Shown piece after piece: positions 36,855 through 44,865 of a stretch of DNA of 50,788 nucleotides. Each line of letters opens with the position of its first letter. The first letter of the stretch is position 1. This DNA comes from Armatimonadota bacterium (GTDB lineage: Bacteria; Armatimonadota; UBA5829; DTLH01): NCBI GenBank assembly GCA_016190935.1, contig JACPPP010000169.1:1-50788 (forward strand). The letters are read 5' to 3'. The notes beneath the pieces are model-generated. The model had not been told where the DNA came from, did no database searches, and saw only the letters and a list, made by a program, of their open reading frames with translations. Both the position numbers and the translations under genes were made by a program.

Positions 36855-37652
36855 ACGTCCCACTCTGAAGTCGATGCCAGATAGCCCGTAGTTCTCAGCG
36901 GTTTCATCCCAATAGAAACCGATGGCAATCCTGTCACCATTTGACACAGCAATCTTCTGCAATTTCTGAGTTTGAGCGCCTAGAATATCAGCAAACGCGC
37001 ACGGTTTGTCTGAGTTGCAGCCTTCTGTCCACAACGGCACGAGATAGTCTGCAAAAACGACCTCATCCGGAGCGCCTATGCCGTTGGCAGCCCTGTCGAT
37101 CCACATTCTGACCCTGGTGCGGCGTTTGGCGATATCGCCGAACTGGCCCGCGGGCCAAACTCCACCGGACACGTTGACGGTCATCGCGCGAGGGGCAGTC
37201 CAGGCTATCGTCGTCATTATGCCCTTGCCCTTGTTATCAGGCCAGGTGCACGCCGCGACCCTGCCCTCCGGCCAGTCGTAGTTGCTCCCGTAGGCAAGGC
37301 CCGGAACGTTGCCTCCATCCATCTGCTGTCCGACCATTGGTATCCTGGCTTTTGGTGTGCCCCCCAGCCACCAGCCGTCGATGTTGTAGAGATAGCACCA
37401 GGGGTTGGAGACCGTAAAGTGCATAGCTCTGTTGAAAACGGTCCATTTCCATTCCGGGTCGAACTGTACGGAATAGACGCCCCAGGCGATGTCGGGACCG
37501 AAAGGAATGCCTGCAAGCGTCTTGCCCTCCAGTGCCCAATCCCTTCCCAAGTCCCACGAGTCCGCAGCTTGCGTTGATGCAGACGCAAATAAAGTTGCAA
37601 CAAGCAAGGCCGCGATGGCGGCAGTGTTGAGCAGCCGCAAATACTGCTTCAT
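36852..37652 (-). CDS. Secreted uncharacterised protein; paralog of 15586-16398
   Basis: Sec signal (..STQA); extensive identity blocks with 15586-16398. Confidence 0.8.
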   Translation of the reverse strand: MKQYLRLLNTAAIAALLVATLFASASTQAADSWDLGRDWALEGKTLAGIPFGPDIAWGVYSVQFDPEWKWTVFNRAMHFTVSNPWCYLYNIDGWWLGGTPKARIPMVGQQMDGGNVPGLAYGSNYDWPEGRVAACTWPDNKGKGIMTTIAWTAPRAMTVNVSGGVWPAGQFGDIAKRRTRVRMWIDRAANGIGAPDEVVFADYLVPLWTEGCNSDKPCAFADILGAQTQKLQKIAVSNGDRIAIGFYWDETAENYGLSGIDFRVGR

Positions 37653-37676
37653 GTTAATATGCTCCTTTCTAGTGTG

Positions 37677-38462
37677 TTAGTGCTCCGCAGGAAGCGGTTT
37701 TGTGTCTACCCACATCTTCCACGGATAATCTGAAATGACACCCTCCGTAGTCGTGACAAACCCGTGAAGGCCCAATATAGTCATAGCAGCTTGCTGATGA
37801 TCGGGCCTGGGATCAATGTTCGCATCCTCAACGGTGATGGTCTGATACCCATGGTTCAGAGCCTCAAGGGTGGTAAATAAAACGCAGTGAGAAGAGCAGA
37901 CACCTGTCATAAAGAGTGTGTTTATGCCTTTCCGTCTCAGTATCTTGTCCAGATCGGTATGCAGGAAGCCTCCAGTATGAGGCTTCTTCGTTACCACCTC
38001 GTCCTCTCTTGGCTTGAGCCTCGGGTGGACTCCGTCGTCGCCTATGTGGGTATAGATGACCGGCATTCCTTTCTCCCTGAAAAACGCTACGAGCTTCTCC
38101 AAATTCGGCCAGACGACCTTGTCGCGCCGTTTCTCGAATATCTTCCAGAGCTCGGGGCTGAAGCCGCCTACGGCGCCCATAAACCCTGTCTGTTCGAGAC
38201 AGATCTCCTCCATGTCGATGACCACTAAAGCGCATTGCTTTGGGTTGATGTCTCTCCTTAGGCCCGGGCTCTTGCCTAGTGCCACATGGTACGCCCAGCG
38301 GTCCTGGCCGGGATGCTCAGATAAGAACTCAGCATACGGCTTGCCGGCAAATGGCGAATCTGAGCCAGCGCCCCGAGAAGTTTCCGCAAGCAGAGGCAGG
38401 GGGATGTGCATTACGGCCATCACAGCAGCCAACAATCCAAGCGAATTAAACCACCTTTTCAC
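37677..38462 (-). CDS. Isochorismatase-family cysteine hydrolase with a signal peptide
   Basis: ALVVIDM (Asp), K..TGGF..TDL..ILR..GI.TL..TGV (Lys), HCV (Cys); hydrophobic N-terminus. Confidence 0.85.
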   Translation of the reverse strand: MKRWFNSLGLLAAVMAVMHIPLPLLAETSRGAGSDSPFAGKPYAEFLSEHPGQDRWAYHVALGKSPGLRRDINPKQCALVVIDMEEICLEQTGFMGAVGGFSPELWKIFEKRRDKVVWPNLEKLVAFFREKGMPVIYTHIGDDGVHPRLKPREDEVVTKKPHTGGFLHTDLDKILRRKGINTLFMTGVCSSHCVLFTTLEALNHGYQTITVEDANIDPRPDHQQAAMTILGLHGFVTTTEGVISDYPWKMWVDTKPLPAEH

Positions 38463-38480
38463 TCCTCGATTCCCACACTT

Positions 38481-40400
38481 TCATCGTCGTTCTTCCTTCT
38501 CGGTTGCAAGGAGCAGAAAGGCTCCAGCGGCAAGACCGAGGTCTCGCGAAGGGATGTAACCGGCTTGGTGAACACAGTATCTGAGAAGGTCTACACTGTA
38601 GGGCAACCCCGTCTTTCCTTTGAGCGCCACGGCATCCTGAAAAGCCTCCAAAGGTGACTTGGAACCCGGCTGCCCAAGCGCCTCTGCCAGCCGCGCAAGA
38701 TCCTCTTTTGTTAAGGATTTGAGCGCAGGTGGCATCGGGTCTTCAAGCCACGGCAGTCTTTGGCTTGCCCTCATCTTCTGCCACCACTGCAGACGCTCCA
38801 ACTGGACAAGACTGCAGAGGATCAAGCCTGAGTCAGCCGGGTCGTCTGCAAGTCCCCCGCATTCGGGTATGCGGTTAAGAAGAGATGCGGCAGCGAAAAC
38901 TGACTCCTTCATCAGCGCATCGTCGTGTGGACACAACACAGCAGTCTGAATGATGTGGTACACCGTCTCTGGAGTATAATCGTGCTTCCTTGCCGACAGA
39001 AACTGTACCATGGTCTGAGCAGCCTGCTTCTGGTAGTTAGAGGACTGCGCTGCCAGCGCGCAGGCCGCCGGTATATGAGCCTCCGGCTTATCTGCCCCAA
39101 CCTCGGACAAGACTTCGGCCGCAAGGCTGTCTTCTACTTTCTCACGAGTCGGGAGTGAGGCGCGCAAATACATCCACTGCCGCTTCGATTGAGCGTCCCC
39201 ATTGTTGGCGGCTTTGGACAAAAACTCCTCCACAAACTCACTGTACTTTGGATCCCTTGTCTTCTCCGAAGCGGCAAGCAGACCAGCAAGAGCGATCCTG
39301 ATGCTAAAGGTCGGCTCGGCATGATCCCAGGTGGCGCGCACTCTCTTTGCTTCCTCACTCTGGTAAGCCGCCGACACCAGCCGGTCGGCCACTATTCTCA
39401 CAAGGTCTCGTTCTGCTACCTCCTGCTGCGTCACCGCGCGCTTTGCCCTCACTGTGCGCACCTCTTTCTTATTGACGCCCTCAAAATGCGTCAGGCAGTC
39501 CTTCAAGACCTCCGCCTTTGCGAGCGGAGTCCGGAATCCGAGCAGTTCACCTGCTGTGGGGGCTATATCTATGAGCAGAGCTCGTCTGCTTATACTGATA
39601 TTCTTCGGGGTGTCGGGGCCGAGGACAGCGAGCATTATATGCTGGCAGCCTTCGCAATCGCAGCCGTGCCAGTTATAATCCCCGTGGGGCTCATCGTGGC
39701 GTCCGTGATCGTTTGTCAGGATCAGCGTGGTCTTGTCTTTGTATGCAGAGTCGGTCTGGATCTTCTGCCAAAGCCTCCACATCATTTCGTCGCACGTCTG
39801 AATCGCCTTTGTGTGTTCTGCAAATGGCCCACCATGGCCTGAGCTGTCGGTGTGGCCGAAATTTATCAAGACAAGCGATGGGTGATCTGTTTCCATCACA
39901 TGAAAGACCCGGGCGAGCACTTTTTCGTCACCGTCAGCATCCTCGCCGACGCCGGCTTCAAAGTTTGGTTTGGGGCAATCAGCATACTGGGGAAATGCGG
40001 TGGCTGGTGAGAAAGCGTAACTCCCTTTGCCGAAAATGATCCACACCTTGGACCGTGGGACCTTACACTCATCGAGGTAGTAGTCGAAGATGGACGGCAT
40101 GCTCATTCGCGGCCCATCGTTGCTGCAGGTCTGCCAAGTGCCGGTTACAAGGCTGCTGTGGCCTGGACGGGTAACGGTTATGCCCGCGTTGTAAAAGTTC
40201 GTGTAAATAGTTCCCTGAGGCCTGAGATCGTTCCAGATATGAGGTATGTACTTGTGCGAAGGATCACCGAACGTCTCCGAGTACCTCACGCCATCCATCA
40301 CGCAGATAAACACGTTCTGCGTTGAGTACTTCGCCCCAGCCAGCACCGGCTGGACTATGCAGAGCGCCGCCAGAAGGAATAAGCAAGACAAACGATTCAC
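38481..40400 (-). CDS. Secreted alkaline-phosphatase-superfamily metalloenzyme (Thr nucleophile) fused to a helical C-terminal domain
   Basis: MDGVR, T.TRPGH..LVTG, HTD..GH, TNDHGRH, DIAPT. About 300 aa of C-terminal helical region. Confidence 0.75.
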   Translation of the reverse strand: MNRLSCLFLLAALCIVQPVLAGAKYSTQNVFICVMDGVRYSETFGDPSHKYIPHIWNDLRPQGTIYTNFYNAGITVTRPGHSSLVTGTWQTCSNDGPRMSMPSIFDYYLDECKVPRSKVWIIFGKGSYAFSPATAFPQYADCPKPNFEAGVGEDADGDEKVLARVFHVMETDHPSLVLINFGHTDSSGHGGPFAEHTKAIQTCDEMMWRLWQKIQTDSAYKDKTTLILTNDHGRHDEPHGDYNWHGCDCEGCQHIMLAVLGPDTPKNISISRRALLIDIAPTAGELLGFRTPLAKAEVLKDCLTHFEGVNKKEVRTVRAKRAVTQQEVAERDLVRIVADRLVSAAYQSEEAKRVRATWDHAEPTFSIRIALAGLLAASEKTRDPKYSEFVEEFLSKAANNGDAQSKRQWMYLRASLPTREKVEDSLAAEVLSEVGADKPEAHIPAACALAAQSSNYQKQAAQTMVQFLSARKHDYTPETVYHIIQTAVLCPHDDALMKESVFAAASLLNRIPECGGLADDPADSGLILCSLVQLERLQWWQKMRASQRLPWLEDPMPPALKSLTKEDLARLAEALGQPGSKSPLEAFQDAVALKGKTGLPYSVDLLRYCVHQAGYIPSRDLGLAAGAFLLLATEKEERR

Positions 40401-42877
40401 AGGAGTTCCCTCTTTTCAGTCTGAGTGGCCGGTTGTAACGATGCCCTTCCGCGTTGATTTCGTCTGTCGAGACGACCCGCTTTGAGGATTCTGTCCACCA
40501 GCCCGCCGGGTTTGCACGGGTCGGAGAGAACCTTGCCTTCGATCGCCGCAGGCAGCGCCCAAAGCATCATAACCTGGTAGTAGTCACTCGCTACCCCGAC
40601 TCCGTTGTTCTCCCAGCCACGGGTCATAACCGGCATATCCCACTCGTAGCCCTGGTCCAGAATGAGATTGCTGAAGACCTTGTGGGCAACATCCATACCG
40701 ACCTCCGGCTGGCCCTCGTAGATGTACTGCATGGCAAGCATAAGAGCTTCGGCTATGAAGCAGCTATACTCACCGTAGCCGGCTCCTTTGGCGTAGGTCC
40801 CATCCGGGTTGGCAAACGCTACAACTCCACCTTTGCCCAGTGGGACATTGCATTGCTTCACTTTCTCCAGCGCCGTCTTCACACGATCGCGCCGGAATAT
40901 GCCCGGAAGCCCGTGAAAATGCGCGATCCATTCGCCGTCCAACTGGTGTGCAAAGATCAGGTCGCATCTCTTGTCCGTCTCCGGTTCCCAGAATAGTAGA
41001 TAGTTGTCGCCATTCCACATCTTCGTTTCGAGTGACTTCTTCCCGGCTGCGATCCACTCATCACACTGTCTGACAAACTCCTTGTCTCCGACCTGCTCGG
41101 CCATTCTTCTCGCTATCTCGATCTGCGCCAGATGGATGCCGCCGACGTGTGCAACCATTCCGTAGAAGCCCGGATAAGTGGCCTCGAACCAATGGGCCGA
41201 GAGGTTTTCGGTGTATTTGTTCTTGCTCTGCATGCTGATTATCCGATCACCGATCTCATACTCCGGCCTCAGGTTGACCGTGAAGACGGCGTTCCTTTTA
41301 ACGGAATCATAGAACTCACGGACGAACGCATCATCACCCCAGCACATCCGGTAGCGATCTACCATGGCCGCGAAGCAGATACCATTGAGCGAGGTTTGGA
41401 CTCCGTGGTTGTGGTTCGCGAAGTCAGTTCGCGCCCAGCCCCCGAAGGTCCACGGGACATTTCCATTTTCCTCCATATAGCCTTTGTAGCCTCGCAGTGT
41501 TGAGAGAGCCAGCTTGGGAAAGAAATAGACTATGGGCAGGTTGCCGTAGAAGCTGCAAGGGATACATTCGATCTGCGGATTGTCCCGCGGGCTCTCGCTC
41601 ATTCCAAAGAGTCCGTCTTCCGGCTTCACCCAGCTCGGCATCGGTGGTTTGGCCTGATCCCACATGCCACATTCAGTGACCATATACAAATTGCTGATTA
41701 GCGAGACCCTGAGCCAGGCCGGGAGCTTCTTCTCCGCATAGACCACCTGCTGCCAGGCAAGTATGCGCGCAAGCAGCGACTTGTGGTTCCTTGCGAGCGA
41801 CTCGGCAGCGGACTGAGCGGCCGGGTAGTGTTTGGCATACATATGGGTGTAGGTGTGGCCGATGTTGGACCAGTTGTACCCTCCACCCTTCCAGGTCGGC
41901 GCGCTCCAACTGAGCACAAACCGGACTACCCGGCTCTTGCCCGCTCCAAGGGAGAAATCGACCGCGGCGGACGCCCCCGCACTGCTCTGCCCGGACTCAG
42001 GCAGGGACGATGCAATCTGCGCCCAAGACTGGCCGTCCGCGCCAAGCTCCCCACCGGTTCGCAGTTTCTCCTTGCCGATCACTCCGAGCGCGTACGAGGC
42101 GAGATCAGACGTGATGGAGAGGCCGCTGAAGGGTCCACTTATCTTATGCCGCTCGAACTCGCTCGTGCCGGCTTCTTTCTCCGTCGGGCCTGGGAATGAG
42201 AAAGCTATGGTCCCGCGCTGCGCGGAGCCTGTTGTGTTCCTCAAACGAACCTCGAAAACTATTCCCGGAATCATAGATGATGCCACGTCGCCCGGTATAA
42301 ACGGCGACCAGGCGCGCAGACCGACGGAGACCGGCGCATCTGTCTCAAATTCGATGTCCGCAACAGGATAATGTCCCCAGTAATGGATCTCTTTCGCTGT
42401 CCGAACGCCCTCCAGCTTGAGATCGAGCAACAGTGGATTCACAAAATCTTGATATAAGTCCTTGGTGTAAGGCCCGTTGTGAAGCTGGAAGTCGCCCCTG
42501 TCCTTCTTAGGCTGCTTGTCGCAGAGAACCCACGTCCTGCCGCCAACGCTCAGACCCAGAACCGGCAGATTGACCGGCCCGCGCCGGGGGCTGTCGGTGT
42601 TGAACAGGCTGCAATAACCGAGGAGACCGGTTGTCTCCAGATCGATGCATCCCGTATCAATTCCGCCGAGCGCCATCCCGCAGGTGACTGTGTCCTTGAG
42701 TCGGTAGACCACTCCACATACCGGCTTGGAGAAGCCGTCAGCGCGAAATTCGATCCACTGTCTGCCTGGCAGGTTGGTAGGAAAAAGTGTTTGCTCTGCG
42801 CTGGCACGCCCGACTATCGCCAGCGCCACCATAAGTATCATCGCCAATAGGATAGTTCGATAACTGAGAGGATTCAT
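40397..42877 (-). CDS. Secreted GH116-like glycoside hydrolase (subtype B)
   Basis: GMALGGIDTG, HYPVADIEF, SESPRDNPQIECIP, QLDGEW. Probable start MNPLSYR after a GGAG RBS. Confidence 0.85.
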   Translation of the reverse strand: MNPLSYRTILLAMILMVALAIVGRASAEQTLFPTNLPGRQWIEFRADGFSKPVCGVVYRLKDTVTCGMALGGIDTGCIDLETTGLLGYCSLFNTDSPRRGPVNLPVLGLSVGGRTWVLCDKQPKKDRGDFQLHNGPYTKDLYQDFVNPLLLDLKLEGVRTAKEIHYWGHYPVADIEFETDAPVSVGLRAWSPFIPGDVASSMIPGIVFEVRLRNTTGSAQRGTIAFSFPGPTEKEAGTSEFERHKISGPFSGLSITSDLASYALGVIGKEKLRTGGELGADGQSWAQIASSLPESGQSSAGASAAVDFSLGAGKSRVVRFVLSWSAPTWKGGGYNWSNIGHTYTHMYAKHYPAAQSAAESLARNHKSLLARILAWQQVVYAEKKLPAWLRVSLISNLYMVTECGMWDQAKPPMPSWVKPEDGLFGMSESPRDNPQIECIPCSFYGNLPIVYFFPKLALSTLRGYKGYMEENGNVPWTFGGWARTDFANHNHGVQTSLNGICFAAMVDRYRMCWGDDAFVREFYDSVKRNAVFTVNLRPEYEIGDRIISMQSKNKYTENLSAHWFEATYPGFYGMVAHVGGIHLAQIEIARRMAEQVGDKEFVRQCDEWIAAGKKSLETKMWNGDNYLLFWEPETDKRCDLIFAHQLDGEWIAHFHGLPGIFRRDRVKTALEKVKQCNVPLGKGGVVAFANPDGTYAKGAGYGEYSCFIAEALMLAMQYIYEGQPEVGMDVAHKVFSNLILDQGYEWDMPVMTRGWENNGVGVASDYYQVMMLWALPAAIEGKVLSDPCKPGGLVDRILKAGRLDRRNQRGRASLQPATQTEKRELL

Positions 42878-42954
42878 GTCATTTCTCCAACACTTTGTTT
42901 CATCGCGATGGGGAATGAAGGTTCTCGTCAAACCGGTTCGTCCAGGAAGCTTGG

Positions 42955-43009
42955 AATGTTATAACATTGCATCTTCTTGTATTCTGGCACGTATAATCTG
43001 ATTTGTCAA
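42955..43009 (-). promoter_or_regulatory. Internal sigma70 promoter with a downstream perfect palindromic operator AATGTTATAACATT
   Basis: TTGACA(43004-43009)-17 nt-CAGAAT(42981-42986) with TG extension; 14-bp palindrome at 42955-42968. Confidence 0.65.
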
Positions 43010-44769
43010 CCCTTAGGGGTAAAGAGTTGGAATTCCCGGATGCCAGGGTGTCCATCGCCTCCGACCGCTGAGACGACCAGTCGAAAAAAGATTGCTTTCA
43101 CCGGAGAGAACTTCATTAAACACTTGTAACCGATCTGATTCCCTTGCCTAATCGTTCGCCACTGACCGCCATCTTTGTACTGCAGTTCGAACTTGCTGAT
43201 CCAGTGGCGATCAGGGGTATCGATAGAACTGAGCAGCGCGCTGTCGATCAGCGTGGGACTGCCAATGTCAACCTCCAGAGTCAACGGCAGTTTGCTCCCG
43301 TCGCCGACCCAAATTGTGCGATAATCATCATCTACGGCGTTCGCTGGACTATGAGTTAGTCCGGCAAAGGCAGATCCAATAGACACAGGAATGTTATCCG
43401 GGAGGGTTGACGAGGCAGTGACGGTCTTACCAAATGCCACTGAACCAGAGCAGTGAGGAACCAGAGGCGAAATGTCGGATGCCTGACCATTCAGTGTTAA
43501 CGTCACAACAGTATCGAGGTCATTTCTATCCCCCTCGGGCACTCGAATCTCTATTCCCTGCGGGCCTTGTTTTACGTCCACTCTTCCGCCTGCCAGCACT
43601 CGGCTGCTGACAATCTTTTTCGGAAGCTGGGACAATCTCATTGGGTCATTACCGTCCCAATCCAGTATGTGAACGTAGATAGTATTACCTTTGTGGGTGC
43701 TGGATATCCACGGTGACGGCATAAAGGGTCCGCCCCGTGTGCCATAGATGCTTTCGCCGTTCTTCCCGATCCAATCACCGATGGCTTTCAGTGTGTCTGC
43801 CTGAACCTGTTCGATCTGGCCGTTTGGCATGGGGCTGATATTGAGCAGCAGATTGCCATTGCCGCCCGCACAGCGGATCAGGGTGAGTATACATTCCTTG
43901 GCCGACATCTGGTTCGCGCTCGGCTTCCAAGCCCATTGCTCACCCATACTCATGCAGCTCTCCCAGTCGGGCGTGATTCGGAAGCCTCCGATTGTTCGCT
44001 CAGGTGTGATAAAATCTCCGGGCAGGCCGCCTCCCCGGTCATTGAGGATTATCCCTGGCTGGAGCGTTCGGATCAGCTTGTAAAGGTTGTACGTGTCATA
44101 GGTTTTCGGGTCGCTGACAGGCCGTTCACAGTCGAACCACATGATGTCCACCCTGCCGTATTTTGTGAGAAGTTCGCGCACCTGGTCCATCATGTATTTC
44201 ACGTATCTGGCGTGCTCCGGCCTGCAGTGGTCCGGGTGATACCAGTCCGGCACCGAGTAGTAAAGGCCGAACTTCAAGCCGGCCTCGTGACAAGCCTCAG
44301 CCAGTTCCGCCACTATATCACGTTTGAACGGAGAGTTGGTGATGTTGTAGTCTGTGGTACTCGTGTCCCACATGCAGAAGCCATCATGGTGTTTGGCTGT
44401 AAAGACGATATATTTCTGCCCGGCCGCCTTGGCCAGCGCAACCCATTCTCTGGCGTTGAACTTGTAGGGGTCGAACCCTTTGTAGAGGTTGTCATAGACA
44501 TGCTGAGGAATGATTCCGTTGTCGGGTATGCTTCCTCTTTCCCCCTTGCGCGACCAACTGATCTCCGTTCCCACCATCGTACACGGGCCCCAATGGATGA
44601 ACATACCGAACTTCGCGTCGCGCCACCATGTCATATCTTCGGCTTTGGCGCGCAAGTATGGCTCGTACTCCTTGGCGTTCTGACCATAGGCAAGGCTGGC
44701 ACAGTTTAGAAGAATCGTAATAAAGGCGAATCCACAAGCGAATTGGCGGAGCAATGTGGAGTTTCTCAT
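43006..44769 (-). CDS. Secreted GH29 alpha-L-fucosidase with C-terminal F5/8 (CBM32-like) domain
   Basis: WWRDAKFGMFIHWG, TAKHHDGF, WFD nucleophile, NLLLNISP, IYGTRGGP. AGGAGG RBS before the ATG at 44769 (track start 44862). Confidence 0.93.
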   Translation of the reverse strand: MRNSTLLRQFACGFAFITILLNCASLAYGQNAKEYEPYLRAKAEDMTWWRDAKFGMFIHWGPCTMVGTEISWSRKGERGSIPDNGIIPQHVYDNLYKGFDPYKFNAREWVALAKAAGQKYIVFTAKHHDGFCMWDTSTTDYNITNSPFKRDIVAELAEACHEAGLKFGLYYSVPDWYHPDHCRPEHARYVKYMMDQVRELLTKYGRVDIMWFDCERPVSDPKTYDTYNLYKLIRTLQPGIILNDRGGGLPGDFITPERTIGGFRITPDWESCMSMGEQWAWKPSANQMSAKECILTLIRCAGGNGNLLLNISPMPNGQIEQVQADTLKAIGDWIGKNGESIYGTRGGPFMPSPWISSTHKGNTIYVHILDWDGNDPMRLSQLPKKIVSSRVLAGGRVDVKQGPQGIEIRVPEGDRNDLDTVVTLTLNGQASDISPLVPHCSGSVAFGKTVTASSTLPDNIPVSIGSAFAGLTHSPANAVDDDYRTIWVGDGSKLPLTLEVDIGSPTLIDSALLSSIDTPDRHWISKFELQYKDGGQWRTIRQGNQIGYKCLMKFSPVKAIFFRLVVSAVGGDGHPGIREFQLFTPKG

Positions 44770-44817
44770 TCTTGGACCTCCTGTCAATCTCTGGATAAAG
44801 TCTAAAAGCTGAGCGCG

Positions 44818-44852
44818 CAATGAGCAATGTGCAATGAGCAATGAGCTATGAG
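44818..44852. repeat. Heptamer tandem array (CAATGAG)x5, degenerate
   Basis: caatgag-caatgtg-caatgag-caatgag-ctatgag. Confidence 0.85.
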
Positions 44853-44865
44853 TATTTTGCATTCC

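Noticed and set aside
793-44852. Heptamer and 9-bp arrays as CRISPR repeats
   Set aside because: Units are too short and contiguous, with no spacers and no cas genes.
44770-44862. N-terminal extension of GH29 from the track start at 44862
   Set aside because: It is encoded by the heptamer array; a strong RBS and signal peptide support the ATG at 44769.
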